This document shows positions 50,885 through 63,000 of a DNA stretch of 64,000 nucleotides, one piece after another. The notes beneath the pieces were generated by a model, which was given only the letters and a program-made list of their open reading frames with translations, did not search any database and was not told the DNA's origin. How positions within the stretch are numbered: the stretch's first letter is position 1; each line of letters begins with the position of its first letter. The position numbers were made by a program, and so were the translations under genes. This DNA is from a virus. Location: IMG/VR virus record IMGVR_UViG_3300017971_000214, positions 32,001 to 96,000 of that record. The stretch is one strand, 5' to 3'.

Positions 50885-51304
50885 GTGGGGGAAGGTAGGA
50901 TCAAGAAGCCTAGCCCCAAGTGGCTGGAGGATGGCGGCGACCGAGGAGCGCGGACGAGGCGATCGAAGAAGAGCGAGGAGAAGCTAGCAGGGCGCTTGGG
51001 TGGTCGTAGGCTTCCGGGGTCGGGAAACAAGTCATGGTCAAAGCACGACAAGACGACGGCGCAGGGGGATGTGGGGGTCGCCGGGTTTCATCTGGAGCAC
51101 AAGGAGACCGAGAACGAGTCGATCGGGTTGAAGAGGGAATGGCTGCACAAGGTGGAGGCCGGAGCGCGAAGGACGATGAAGGATCCCGGACTGGTGATGA
51201 AGTTCGTGAGGCCCGTTGGGGAAGGGGACGAAGAGTACGTCATTCTCCCTTTGGAGGTATTCGAGCGTTTACGGGCCGCCTGCGGACTCGATTCCGAGAG
51301 GTGA
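50885..51304 (+). CDS. PD-(D/E)XK nuclease, Holliday-resolvase-like
   Basis: E..LA..PGSG..GDV..LEHK.T..SI.LK..W motif. Confidence 0.7.
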   Translation: MGEGRIKKPSPKWLEDGGDRGARTRRSKKSEEKLAGRLGGRRLPGSGNKSWSKHDKTTAQGDVGVAGFHLEHKETENESIGLKREWLHKVEAGARRTMKDPGLVMKFVRPVGEGDEEYVILPLEVFERLRAACGLDSER

Positions 51305-51459
51305 TCCGAGCCTTCTACTGGGAGGCGGCCGATTTCAAGAACGACCCGCTGTTCCGCGCAGCTCTGGACGACGCCTGGTGGGAGGGGTTCTCCACAGGAG
51401 ATCCGCTTCGGCGGGGCAAGAAGGAGTGCGAGGAGATCGCCAAGAAGAATTTGTCGTGA
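51301..51459 (+). CDS. small hypothetical protein
   Basis: GTGA coupling; 52 aa. Confidence 0.45.
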   Translation: MIRAFYWEAADFKNDPLFRAALDDAWWEGFSTGDPLRRGKKECEEIAKKNLS

Positions 51460-51468
51460 GGATGCACC

Positions 51469-51786
51469 ATGAATGACGAGGAGATGGCAGAGTTCATCAA
51501 CGAGGCCGTCGAGCAGTACCGGGAGGTAACGCTCGAATTTTTGGAGGCGCTGGACGACGAAGACGCTCCGGACGTTGTGGTGGCCTTGTTGCACGCGGTG
51601 GCTCACGAGCAGGGACACGTGGAGGGGATGGCCGCGCTGTTGGGTAATTCGAAGGAGGACCGGGCGGCGGCGCGAGCCAGCTCGCGGCGCCAGGGGATGG
51701 AGGAAGCTCTAGCCAACCACGACGAGGGGCCGTGTGAGGGGTGCCGGGCGTCCGAGGAGCTACGTCTGGAGCTGTTCGCCAACTAG
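51469..51786 (+). CDS. hypothetical protein
   Basis: SD GAGG; acidic helical protein with CEGC. Confidence 0.6.
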   Translation: MNDEEMAEFINEAVEQYREVTLEFLEALDDEDAPDVVVALLHAVAHEQGHVEGMAALLGNSKEDRAAARASSRRQGMEEALANHDEGPCEGCRASEELRLELFAN

Positions 51787-51795
51787 GAGCTGCCC

Positions 51796-52155
51796 ATGCC
51801 CTCTCGCCCCCTACCTGCGCTGGTCAAGGTCCGAAGCGACTTGCACCTGTCGTCGGACGAGCAGGTGCGCATGGTCTTCGAGGGGGACGAGCGCGTTCCG
51901 CTCTTTGAGTGCTTTCCCTGTGAGACGTTGCTCCGCTGGTCGGAGGAGAAGGGCTGGTGGGAGTGCCCGAGTTGCACCTACGAACTGACTCCTACGGAAG
52001 CCGAGGAGCTGGTAGACTTGGCCATTCGCCGACTACAGATCATTTTGACGGACGTTAGGCGCAAGCAGGGAAAGGACGATGGGAAATGGGGCGAAGAAAA
52101 CTGGTTCTTCCGGATACTCCGTCGATTGTTCGGAGGATCGAAAAGGAGTTCATAA
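51796..52155 (+). CDS. zinc-ribbon protein
   Basis: CFPC..CPSC; SD AGGAG. Confidence 0.6.
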   Translation: MPSRPLPALVKVRSDLHLSSDEQVRMVFEGDERVPLFECFPCETLLRWSEEKGWWECPSCTYELTPTEAEELVDLAIRRLQIILTDVRRKQGKDDGKWGEENWFFRILRRLFGGSKRSS

Positions 52156-52946
52156 GGGAGCGCGAGGTTCCGCCGCTGACTGCGGGGGGCACGATACGAG
52201 CTTCCTCCCTTCCCAACCTCTGCGCTCGCGAGGAAGTGCTGGCGGCCCAGCTGGAGATCACCCGGCGGGACGATGTGGACGCCGACCTGAACCTCACCTT
52301 CGCGCAGGGCACCGGTATGCACTGGGTCATGCAGAACGAGGTCTTGCCTGTGCTCGGCAAGGTGCTCGTAGGCAAGTGGCAGTGCAAGGTGTGCGGGGAG
52401 GTCTACGGTGGTCTCGACACAGAGGACGGCAACATCCCGATGCCGGACTCATGCACGATGTGCGAGGAGTTGGGAGAGAGCCCGATCTTCGACGGCGACT
52501 TCCGCTTCGAGTTCATGGAGCAGGAGTTCATCAACGTCGAGTACCAATTCACGGGGCACAACGATGGGTTCTTGAGACTGCCCGAAGCTGACGGGGACGG
52601 AGTTTTCGAGCTGAAGAGCTGTAGCGCGTACAAGGCCAAGCAGATCAAAGACGTGCCTGACATGGGTCACGTGGCGCAGGCGCAGTCGTACATGTGGCTC
52701 ACCAACACGCGGTGGGCTTTGCTTCTCTACTGGGACAAGGGGACGTTTCGTGGGCCTCTTACGGAGCACTTCGTCGAGCGGGATGAAGAAGCTATCGAGG
52801 AGATCAAGTCGATGCTACGAAGTGTTTGGGAGGGCATCGAGACGGGTGAACTCCCAGATCGCATCTGTACTTCGGTGGACTGCAATCGCGCGGAAGAGTG
52901 CCCGGTGGCGAAGCCGTGCTTCGAATACGAGCTGAGGGTGAAATGA
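52086..52946 (+). CDS. Cas4-like PD-(D/E)XK exonuclease
   Basis: SSL..CARE, GT.MH, GHNDG..ELKS, Q.Q.YM, C-terminal Cys cluster. Confidence 0.8.
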   Translation: MGRRKLVLPDTPSIVRRIEKEFIREREVPPLTAGGTIRASSLPNLCAREEVLAAQLEITRRDDVDADLNLTFAQGTGMHWVMQNEVLPVLGKVLVGKWQCKVCGEVYGGLDTEDGNIPMPDSCTMCEELGESPIFDGDFRFEFMEQEFINVEYQFTGHNDGFLRLPEADGDGVFELKSCSAYKAKQIKDVPDMGHVAQAQSYMWLTNTRWALLLYWDKGTFRGPLTEHFVERDEEAIEEIKSMLRSVWEGIETGELPDRICTSVDCNRAEECPVAKPCFEYELRVK

Positions 52947-53395
52947 CGGACGACGAGAAGTTGATCGAGGTTCCGGACCAGGAGCCGGTATCGGGGACGC
53001 AGGAACGACCGAGGATGGTGCCGCTGGTGTTGGACACCAGGATGCTGCGCCCTCTTCCTCAGTCTCTCTACGACGCGGCGTGTAGCAACTGCGACAAGCG
53101 CCAGTCCCGGTGGGAGATGGGGCCGGCGAATACGGATCGCTGCGTGTTTGTGTGTTCGCTCTGCTTCCTTTACGAGTCGAAGTGGGGCGAGGCTCGGCGG
53201 GACCAGATCGACATTCTGGTCGACGAAGTGGAGAAGGAGAGGGGGCAGAAGTTCCTTCGATCTGTGGACGGTACGTCGCTGCTTCGGTGCCAGGACGCTG
53301 ATCAGATCCTGGCTTCTGTCGCGCTCACCTCCCGCATGTTCCAGGTTCACGACACCATCGAGGCGGTACGCGGAGGAGCCAAAGGGGGGACCTAA
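52943..53395 (+). CDS. zinc-binding hypothetical protein
   Basis: CSNC..CSLC; ATGA coupling. Confidence 0.6.
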   Translation: MTDDEKLIEVPDQEPVSGTQERPRMVPLVLDTRMLRPLPQSLYDAACSNCDKRQSRWEMGPANTDRCVFVCSLCFLYESKWGEARRDQIDILVDEVEKERGQKFLRSVDGTSLLRCQDADQILASVALTSRMFQVHDTIEAVRGGAKGGT

Positions 53396-53943
53396 TGGCC
53401 ACGGTACTCGGGATCGACACCGGGTTCGCGGCCTGTGGGTACAGCCGCATCGAGCTGGGGCTCGACTCCGAAGAGGTGCTGGCTCTGGGAGTGGTGCGGA
53501 CGGCCAAGTCTCCCAACAAGCGGGGCTTCAAGGCTGCGGACGACAACATCCGCAGGGGCCGTGAGATAGCGCAGGTGCTCATCCCGGTCGGTGAGGGAGT
53601 GGACGCTCTGTGTGTGGAAGCCCCCTCGCTACCGCGCAACGCGAGCACGTCGTTCAAGCTCGGGATCTGCTACGGCATCCTGTGCTGTCTGACCGAAGTG
53701 CTCGCCGTGCCAGTGGTCATGGTGAGCCCCCAGGAGCTGAAGAAGGGGGTCTGTGGCAACCCTCAGGCGTCGAAGGACGACGTCGCGCAGGCACTCGATC
53801 AGCGATTCGGTCGCGATTTCGGGGCTGAGCTGATACAAGGTGGTATCCCGAAGGGCGCGCACGAGCACGCCTACGACTCGATCGGGGCCGTGATCTCCAG
53901 TCTCGACGCAGAGATCATTCGGATGGTCCGGAGGATGCCATGA
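53395..53943 (+). CDS. ruvC: RuvC-like Holliday junction resolvase
   Basis: VLGIDTG, VEAP, PQELKK.V.G...ASK, H..DS. Confidence 0.88.
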   Translation: MATVLGIDTGFAACGYSRIELGLDSEEVLALGVVRTAKSPNKRGFKAADDNIRRGREIAQVLIPVGEGVDALCVEAPSLPRNASTSFKLGICYGILCCLTEVLAVPVVMVSPQELKKGVCGNPQASKDDVAQALDQRFGRDFGAELIQGGIPKGAHEHAYDSIGAVISSLDAEIIRMVRRMP

Positions 53944-54245
53944 ATGTCGTCGCGATCTCAGGAAATGTATCAGCCAAGATCGAGTTTGCGAGGACCGGAG
54001 GGGGAACCCCCGTCTGCACGTTCCAGATGGCTTCCGACCGCCACACCCGCGACACGGTCATTACCGCCTGGGTGAAAGTCAACGCTTACGGGGCGGGGCT
54101 CGTTGAGGCTTGCCGCCAGAGGCTCGCCAAGGGAAGATACGTGGTGGTGGAAGGCGAGCTGATGAACCGGGACGGTAGGATGGGCGAGTTGCTAGAAGTC
54201 CGGGCTCGGCGGATCGACTTCCCGAACAACAACAACGAGAGTTGA
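53940..54245 (+). CDS. ssb: OB-fold single-stranded DNA-binding protein lacking the acidic tail
   Basis: N.V.ISGN..T.GG..V.F.MA..W.KV.A.G..L.KG..VVVEG.L. Confidence 0.85.
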   Translation: MNVVAISGNVSAKIEFARTGGGTPVCTFQMASDRHTRDTVITAWVKVNAYGAGLVEACRQRLAKGRYVVVEGELMNRDGRMGELLEVRARRIDFPNNNNES

Positions 54246-54261
54246 AGGAGCGCGGGGAACT

Positions 54262-55203
54262 ATGGGAGCCAAGGCAGCTGCCGTGGTGAGTATCGGTGTC
54301 GGTTCGAAAAAGTGGGCGGACAGGCTAAAGAAGCGGTCCAAGGAGATCGTAGAGCAGATGGATGTCGCGTATGTGGAGCTGGCGGACCTTCTTCACCTTG
54401 CGCACGACATTCCGGTGGACAACGACCCCAAGGGGCCTCCGACCTACACTCGGTGGGGATACACGACGTTTGGCTCCTACGCGGAGGGTGCTCTTGGGTT
54501 GCAGCGCCGAAAGGCGGAGCGCCTGCGTAGCATTGGGAGGCTTCTCAATATCGAGCTGGCCGGGCTGGACCCGGCGTTGAAGAAGCGCCTCACGGAGCTA
54601 GGTTGGACCAAGCTGACCGAGCTTGTTCGGATTCTCATGAACAAGCACGACCGCAAGACGGTCGAGAAGTGGGTCGAGTTCGCTGAAGAGAACAGCTACG
54701 AGCAGCTTTGGCGTGCTGTGGGGAAGGCCCTGGACAAGATGGGTGTCAAGAACGGAGAGGTCGTGGACGACGTGACGGAGAGCGTGGTCGACGAGGACGC
54801 TGAAGAAGAGGACGAGAGTGTTTTGGAGGACAGCGGCGAGGACGACGGATTCTACGGGGCCGGAAAGATGACGGTGAAGGACGCTGCCGACGCGCTACCT
54901 TCTCCTGCGCGAACGAAGATGTTCAACTTCATGTGCATCGACGAGCAGATCGATGTGGTGGCTGCGGCTTTGCAGCGCGCCGAGGAGATGGGCGCTGACA
55001 ACCTCAGCAAGTCCTCTCGTCTCGCGCTAATTTGCACGGACTTTCTCGCGACCAACACGTTCGGTAAGCCGCACGACCCCAAGTCTCGCGTTGCGTTTCT
55101 CAAGAAGCTGGAGAATTTCCTTGGGTGTAAGATCATAGCGGTCAACAACAAGGCCGATGTGTTCTACGGCTTCAAGACGCTCAAGAAGATAGCGGACAAG
55201 TGA
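54262..55203 (+). CDS. hypothetical DNA-binding protein, possibly partition-associated
   Basis: Y..WGY.TF..Y....LG...R.A..L helix motif; close to the ParB-like gene. Confidence 0.55.
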   Translation: MGAKAAAVVSIGVGSKKWADRLKKRSKEIVEQMDVAYVELADLLHLAHDIPVDNDPKGPPTYTRWGYTTFGSYAEGALGLQRRKAERLRSIGRLLNIELAGLDPALKKRLTELGWTKLTELVRILMNKHDRKTVEKWVEFAEENSYEQLWRAVGKALDKMGVKNGEVVDDVTESVVDEDAEEEDESVLEDSGEDDGFYGAGKMTVKDAADALPSPARTKMFNFMCIDEQIDVVAAALQRAEEMGADNLSKSSRLALICTDFLATNTFGKPHDPKSRVAFLKKLENFLGCKIIAVNNKADVFYGFKTLKKIADK

Positions 55204-55204
55204 C

Positions 55205-55426
55205 ATGCTGACTGTATCGACACCAGTGATCCAGAACGAGCTGGAGACGGCGAAGAAGATCATCGAGAAGTGGCAGGAGAAGATCGAGATGCTGCCAGGC
55301 GTGAATGTTCCTGCGGGGGACCCGGCGGCTTTCGACAACTACATGCGCGAGTTCATCGGCGAGCTGCAGGTTGTCTCTGGCAAGTGCGACACGTTGGCTG
55401 AAGCGCTTTCGGGGTCGTTGCCGTGA
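55205..55426 (+). CDS. hypothetical protein
   Basis: Coupled on both sides. Confidence 0.6.
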   Translation: MLTVSTPVIQNELETAKKIIEKWQEKIEMLPGVNVPAGDPAAFDNYMREFIGELQVVSGKCDTLAEALSGSLP

Positions 55427-56244
55427 CTGAGGCTGCTGAACAAGAAGGGTCGGTTGACGTCAACATCGCGGACTCCGCGACGATCGACGTGGACGACATG
55501 GAGCCGGTCGCTTGGAATCCCAACGAGATGAACTCCGAGGAGTTCGACATGCTCGTTGAGAACATCAAGGAGGTGGGCTTCATCGACTACCCACAGGTCG
55601 TCCCGATGGTGGACGGCTCCTACCGGATCATCGGTGGGGCACATCGGTGGCAGGCCGCCAAGGTGCTGGGGCTGAAGAAGATCCCTTGCGTCCTGTTGTC
55701 TCACGAGCGCTGGACGGACGAGGACTTGCAGAAGTTCGTCACGGTCCGGCTCAACACGCTGCACGGTCGCATCAACCCCGAGAAGATGGTGGCGCTTCAT
55801 CGGGAGATGGCCGCCAAGTACGGCGACAAGGCGATGCGTCGGATGTTCGCCTACACGGACAAGGCGGGGTGGCAGAAGATCGTCAAGCAGATGAAGAAGG
55901 GCATGAAGTCAGCCGGCATGCCTAAGCAGGCGCAGGACAAGTTCGAGGAAGCCACGAAGGACGCCAAGACCGTCAACGACTTGGGGCACGTCTTGAACCA
56001 CCTGTTCAACGAGTACGGCGACACGTTGGAGTACTCGTTCATGGTGTTCGACTACGGAGGCAAGGAACACCTGTACATTGCCATGAGCAAGAAGACCAAG
56101 CGGGTGATGGATCGGGTGATGGAGGTCTGCCGGAGCTGGGGTCGCGATGTGAACGAGGTCGTCGGGGAGGTCACCGAAGAGTGGCTAAAGAAAGCCGAGC
56201 AGATCGAGGACGAAGAGATCGACGCAGAGATAGACGCCAGCTGA
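55423..56244 (+). CDS. ParB/Srx N-terminal domain protein
   Basis: WNPN.M..L.ENI..VGF..P..YRIIGGAHRW.AA..LG...IPCV. Confidence 0.82.
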   Translation: MTEAAEQEGSVDVNIADSATIDVDDMEPVAWNPNEMNSEEFDMLVENIKEVGFIDYPQVVPMVDGSYRIIGGAHRWQAAKVLGLKKIPCVLLSHERWTDEDLQKFVTVRLNTLHGRINPEKMVALHREMAAKYGDKAMRRMFAYTDKAGWQKIVKQMKKGMKSAGMPKQAQDKFEEATKDAKTVNDLGHVLNHLFNEYGDTLEYSFMVFDYGGKEHLYIAMSKKTKRVMDRVMEVCRSWGRDVNEVVGEVTEEWLKKAEQIEDEEIDAEIDAS

Positions 56245-56270
56245 CCGGATCTCCTGTTGTGTGGTAGAAG

Positions 56271-57035
56271 ATGGGAGTCCCCCGGAATCCGCTAGCTAGG
56301 AGATCTCCCATGCGCTCTCTACAGGAGAACATCGCCGTTGCTCGGGCTCTGATGGAGTCGAACGCCATCCGAACCCCCTCGGTTCGCGTCGCTGACGCCT
56401 GGCGCAAGACCATCCGAATGGGCGATCAGTACTTGGAACTTCTGACACAGGCGGCGCAGGCGGCTTCGAAGGCGGCGAAGGCCGATGACCCGGTGGCCTC
56501 CAGGCGTGCCAACTCGGACGTCTCGGGGGTCATGACGAAGTTCGTTCCTCTGACCAACAAGTTCTACTCGTCGCACAAGGATGCCATGCTTTTCATGGAC
56601 AAGCTGGGCGAGCAGTTGGACCTTCCGACGTACCGTCCGTGGCCCAAGAAATTGAAGTCCCCTGCTAACCTCACGTCGATGTCGGACGATGAGATCAGGA
56701 AGCAGTTGGAGAAGGCCGCGAGGAACGCCATCGGCGGGTGGCGAGACATGTTGGAGAAGGGCGCCTCTGCGTCCCGGATGTTCCGGGAGGCCGCCAAGAG
56801 CAAGGAGACGCCGAGCAACGAGTTTGTATCGGAGATCATCCAGGACGGGCTGAACTTCAGGGACTCGGTGGGCATCAACGTCTACGCACGGACGAACGGG
56901 ATCATCCGAAGGGTGGTCGAGCTGTCCAACCGCGCTTGGGAGGCCATGGCGCTGGAAGCACGGTTGGACGAGGGCTCGATGCTCCGGTGGAACCCGCCGT
57001 GGCGTGGTGAGATTGGCGACGCCGAGGTCATCTGA
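56271..57035 (+). CDS. helical hypothetical protein (start uncertain)
   Basis: ORF coupled by TGATG to the giant gene. Confidence 0.6.
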   Translation: MGVPRNPLARRSPMRSLQENIAVARALMESNAIRTPSVRVADAWRKTIRMGDQYLELLTQAAQAASKAAKADDPVASRRANSDVSGVMTKFVPLTNKFYSSHKDAMLFMDKLGEQLDLPTYRPWPKKLKSPANLTSMSDDEIRKQLEKAARNAIGGWRDMLEKGASASRMFREAAKSKETPSNEFVSEIIQDGLNFRDSVGINVYARTNGIIRRVVELSNRAWEAMALEARLDEGSMLRWNPPWRGEIGDAEVI

Positions 57036-60000
57036 TGGACGAGATCTTCTTCGCGCGCCCCGCGGGACTGGCTCTGTGGGAGGACGCCGCAGGCGTCCTG
57101 CTCGAAAGCACCGGCTTCGTCAATGAGGTCAAGATCATCGGAGTCAAGACGGACGACTCCGGCAACAAGAAGATCTTGGTCTGGAAGAACTACAAGTCCG
57201 GCCCCAAGCCCGCGTGGATTTCGTCGAAGAACCTCCACAAGCACGCGAGCGACCTGATGGACCCCCCAGAGGGGACCACGGATGAGTACCCCCCGGTGGG
57301 GGACATCTCCGACCCTGCGAGCTTCACCGGAAGCACCACCGACATCAAGCCCCTGCCAGGCAAGGAGACAGTTCCCGAGATGGGGGCCGACGTGTGGGTG
57401 CCTTCCGTTGCGCTGAAGAACCTTGCCAAGAAGGTCAAGGCCATGGGCCTGAAGCCTCAGGACACCTTCCAGAAGGCGGTTGCTGCCGGCGAGCCCATCC
57501 CGAAGGAGATCCCGAAGGCTGTCGGCCTGTCCGGGCTCCCCAAGGCGGACGAGCCCGCCAAGGCCCCTGAGACGCCTCCAGAGGCGCCGAAGGAGCCCGA
57601 GGCCCCCGAGCCCCCGGCAGAGCCAGAAGCGCCTCCAGAGGCCCCTGCGGAGCCCGCAAAGCCTGCTCTCGTGATGACTCCGGACGAGGTGGCGCAGGCC
57701 GCCAAGGCTGGGGACATCGACAAGTTGGATCAGAACGCTGAGAAGTTGGGGATCAAGGGGCGCGAGGAGCTGAAGAAGGCGGCCCTCGGCGCCCATGACT
57801 CGGGGGACTACGAGAAGGCGGCCAAGCTCGCTGGGGTGTTGGCGAAGGCATTCGAGAAGACGAAGGGTGCTAGCCACGCGTTCACCAAGGCGTGGGCGGA
57901 CAAGGCGCAGGAGTTTGCGAAGAAGGCGAGCGGGGAAGAGCCGGCGCCTCCAGAGCCCGAGAAGCCCAAGGCTGCGGAGCCTGGGGGGCCGATTGGGGAC
58001 GATGCTATTCAGGCTGCGTCTGTTTCCGGTGATTGGAGCCAGGTCGTAGCGAGTGCCAAGGAGCTTACTCCAGAGCAGATCAATACCGTCACCAACGCGT
58101 TCAACGCCGCATCGGCTGGAGACGATCACAAGAAGGCCGCAAGCGTGGCCGAGGCCATGGCGGAGATCCAGCAGGCGCGTGGGGAGGATATTTCGGCCAA
58201 GTTCTGGAAGGAGGACGCCGAAGAGGCCAAGAAGCTCGCGGGCCTACCCGTCGAGATGTCGGTTCCTCAGGTCAAAGACGCTGTTGAGGCCGGAGACATC
58301 GCCACGCTGAAGCAGAACGCCACGAAGCTCGGGGCCGCGCGAAAGTTCGTGGCCGCTGACATGGAGTTCGCCATTCAGGACGGCAACTGGAGCAAGGCGT
58401 CCGAGCTGGCTTCGATTCTCTCGGACTCCTACAAGGAGCACGGCATTCCGAGCATGGTTGAGTCCTATGCTCAGGCCGCGGAGAGCTACAAGAAGAAGGC
58501 AGAGGATCAGGCGGCGGCGAAGGATGCGGTCAGCGACGTCCAGGTAGACGACGCCCTCAGCTCCGGCAACTACGATGCGATCGTGGATAACGCCACCAAG
58601 CTGACGCCTCACCAGAAGAGCAAGTTCTGCGGGCACGTGGCGGACATGATGGTCGCGGCCGAGAAGGACCCCACCGCGGAGAAGGCGCAGAAGGTGGCGG
58701 AGGGGTGTGGTGCGCTGAAGAAGACCTACGAGGCGCTGGGCGAGGACACCATGGCGGAAGCCATGGGGGTCGAAGCGGAGAAGTGGGAGACCAAAGCAAA
58801 GGAGGCGCAGCCTTCGCCGATGGACGACTCAGAGATCGATCAAGCGGTCTCTGACGGCAACTACCAGAAGCTCATCAACAACGCCACGAAGCTGAGCGCG
58901 GACCAGATCGACAACGTAAAGGACGCGCACGAGAAGCTGTTCGATGTGGGCGAGTACGAAAAGGCGTCTGATCTAGCTAAGGCGATCTCTGAGGTAGAGA
59001 CCCAGCTGAAGGATGACTACGCCGCCACGCAGTGGGCGAAGAAGGCCCAGCAGCTCGGACCAGGATTCGCGCAGAACGAGTTGAGCAGCGCCATCGCTTC
59101 GGGGGACACCGAGGCGATCAAGAAAAACGCGGACTCGTTGGGGCTGGACGAGAAGTACCTCATCGCGAATGGAGCAGAGGAAGCGGCAGAAGCGGGCGAG
59201 TACGAGAAGGCGGCGAACCTTCTCACGGCTCTCGCGGAGGTTCAGGAGCAGAAGGGTGAGGAGAAGTCCGCGCAGAAGCTGAAGGCCAAGGCCAAGAACT
59301 TCCAGGCGCAGGCCGATCACGGGGAGGCGTTCTCCGAAGCGCTGGCGCAGGGCGACGCCGACTACATGGTGGCTAACGCCGAGAAGTTGTCGGCGCAACA
59401 GCGCGGCACCCTCGGGGAAGCTCTCACGAAGCTGGAGTCCGACCAGGATTGGGGCAACGCCGCGAAGATCGCCGAGGCCATTGCCGAGTCGTACAAGCAC
59501 GAGGACTCCCCCGCGGCCCCGTTCTGGGAGAACGAATCGAAGAAGTACGCCAAGCTCGCGGGGAAGGAAGTCTCTTCGCCCGTGCCAGAGCCGTTCAACG
59601 CTGCGGGGAATCTGACGCCTATGGCTGTTAACGCAGCCTTGGACAAGGGGGACTTGGACTTCCTAGCTGCGCACGCCGGCAAGTTGCAGGACAAGTCAGG
59701 AGTGCTGGAGGCATACACCGACGCGCAGTCTTTTGGGGACTGGGGGAAAGCCGCCAAGATAGCTGGGGTCATGGTGGCGCACTATGAGTCCAAGCTCGCT
59801 GGAGAGGAGCTGCCCGAGTCGCTGGCGGACACGTACCAGGCGGTTTTGGGAAACTGGCAGGGCGAGCAGGCTTTCGCGGCGGAGAAGATGGGGAAGGAAG
59901 CTCCTCCATCGGCGAAGGCTGCTGCTGAAGCGCAGGGAGAGTCCGCCTACACCAAGTACGGCTACGTCAAGGCAGCCGTGGCGGACAAGGCTGCGCAGAA

Positions 60001-63000
60001 CGGCGACTTCGACTTTCTGATGGAGAACGCCTCGAAGATGGGGAAGGCGTCTTTGGGGAAGGTGAGGGACGGGTTCGAGGTATCTCTGCACACAGGCAAG
60101 CCGGGCGATGCCGCCAAGTTCGCGGCGGTCATGGTGGCCCACTACCAGTTCAAGAAGAACGGCAAGAAGGCTACGTACTGGAAGGAGATCCAAGACGAGT
60201 ACGCAGCGGAAGCGGGAGGCGCAGAGGCGGGCGAGGTTCCTTCCAACGCTGACGTCGACAAGCTGGCGGAGCAGTACTCGGCCGCGCACAAGGCCAACGA
60301 CTTCGTACAGGCTGCAAACGTCGCCAAGAAGCTGTCGGGAGCCCTAGCGGCCAAGGGCGACGCGGCAGGAGCGGAGCTGTGGGGGAAGCTCTCGGACGAT
60401 GTCGGCAAGAACGTGATCGCCTCGGCTGTTTCCCCTGACGCAGAGGAGTCGAAGAAGATCGGCGACGAGCTGTTCGATGCCTCTTTGTCCATCGGGAAGG
60501 TAACCGAACTGGCAGAGAAGGATCTGTCCGACTCTCAGGTGATGAAGCTGGAAGAGGTATTCCAGCAGGCTTTGGAGGACGAGGACCACGGGAAGGCGGC
60601 GCAGGTTGCGGAGGCGCTATCTAAGATCCACAAGGACAAGGGCAATGAAGCGACGGCGGAGAAGTGGGCCGAGTCTGCGGCTTACCACAAGGATCTAGCG
60701 GAGAAGAAGCCGGAGGATCCGTACAAGCCCAAGGCCGCCGAGCCGGCCCCCACTCTGGAGGAGATGGAAGCGAGCGGCGTTCTGGTTCTTCCGTGGAACG
60801 CCAAGCCTGCGAAGGGTAAGGAGCACCCGACCGCGGCACAAGCCGCTTCAGCGCAGGGCACCTTGGGCCTGGCGGTGGACGAGTTCGTGCATCCCGTGTC
60901 CAAGGAGGTGTGGAAGGTCGTGGGGATCATCGAGAATGAGTACATCGACCCCAACGACGGCATTGTCTACGACAAGAAGACCGGAAAGCCCATCAAGGGC
61001 AAGGGCAAGTTCAACATCGTGGAGACGGGGAAGTCTGTCGAAGGGGAGCCCGCAGAAGCCGCTCCTTCAGGCCCCACGGAAAACTTCCCCATGCCCGAGC
61101 CGGCCCCTCCGCCTGCCCCGCCTACGCCAGTTCCGTCTTCGGCTAAGGATGCTGTGGACGTCATCAAGGCGACGCCGCTACCGAAGGGTGTTCCGAGCCC
61201 CGAAGACCTCACGTTGGAGGGGAGCGCCAATCACCTTGGAGGCGCTGGAACGAAGTACACGTACACGGACAAGGACGGGAACAAGTGGCTTCACAAGCAT
61301 GCCTACGCCAAGGGCAGCAGCAGTGCGGCAAAGCCCTACGCCATGATGGCGCAGCAAGTGTGGTCCCAGGTAGCACTTCGCGCGCGCGGGGAGCATCTAC
61401 CCATTGCGGCGATGGAGGTATCAGGCCCTGGTGGCAAGAAGGCCCTCGGTACGTTGCAGCCGCTGGTGGAACGAGACGCCAAGCAGCCTGACCTTCGCGG
61501 GGTGGATCCAAAGACGCTGTCCGACGAGGACCGTTCGACCATCGCCAAGGAGCATGTGCTCGACTGGCTGATGAGTCAGCACGACAGCCACGCGGCCAAC
61601 TTCATCCGTCGAGCTGAGGATGGGAAGATCTTCTCGGTCGACAAGGAGCAGGGCTTTCGCTTCTTCGGCTCGGACAAGCTGAGCATCGACTACGCGCCGA
61701 ACTCCGATCTCTACGGCGAGAACCCGCCCTTCTACAACAAGGTTTGGAGCGGCTGGGTCAAGGGTGACTACGACATGGACCCGAAGGGACTTCAGGAGAC
61801 GGTCGAAAAGATCGATGCCATCCCCGTGAAGGAATACATCGATATGATGAAGCCCTACGCGGAGACCATGTGGCCGGGGAAGCCGGACAAGCAGCTTGAG
61901 TTCTTGAAGGCCGCGCGGCGCCGCAAGCTCGACATCCGGAAGGACTTCGAGAGGTTCTTCACCGAGCTGTATCGGAAGAAGACCGGAGACGACGGCAATT
62001 TCACCTTCGACGCCGGATGGTCCGGAGACAAGCCGAGTGAAGAAGGACCCAAGGTCATCAAGCACACTGTCTCGGCCAAGGACTACATCAAGGTCTTTGC
62101 GTCCGAGCACGACACCACGATGAAGTGGGAGGAGTTCGACGACCCTCAGACAGGTAAGGACCCCTCCAAGCTCACGGTGAAGGTAGCCAACAGCGACACC
62201 AACGGGCAGAAGAAGCTGGAGAAGATGCTGGCGAAGACGGGGGTGTCCCCTCTGAACACTACGCCAGTCAAGGGCGGCTACTACACGATGCTCTTCGTGA
62301 ACGCCGAGGAGTTCAACAACGCCACGGTGGACTACGAGGAGATCCAGCAGCCGGTCAAGCCGGGCGACATCGCTCCGACGCCCAAGACCCCCCGTTACTT
62401 CCCAGACGACTACGAGCACGCGGTGGCCTCTTCGAACACCGAAGAGATCAAGAACCTTCAGAACATCTCGACGGGACGTGGAGGGAAGCGCTACGAGTCG
62501 GATGGTACAGCGGTGGAGGGAAGTTCTCTGCGGGCACGCCGTTACGAGGACAAGAACGGATCGTACTTCGGTTTCCAGTTCAAGCTGCGCCCGGAGATCT
62601 GGGAAGCTCTGCGGGACTCGGGGACTGGCGAGCCCTCCACGCTAAAGTTCAAGCAGTCGGAGTACATCGAGGCAAAGGACGCCTACGTCGAAACGGGCTC
62701 GACCATCGACACCGCCAATGCTCGACGTTGGGCGGTGGGATCCTCGGACATCCATTTGGTTCCTGGCAGTGAGGATAACAAGTCCTCCGACAAGTACTCC
62801 TACGTGGGCATGGTTCAGGCGAAGGTTCGCCCCAAGCCAGGACAGTCACCTTACGATGCGCTGGCGGAGTTGTTGGAGGAGATGAAGCCTGGGTTGGCGA
62901 AGGACGTGCTTCGGACCGCGACGCCCGAGGAGAAGGAGATCTGGAAGCTCAGCCAACTCCTGTGGGCGCGGGCACCGCAGATGGCAGACAAGCTGGAGGA

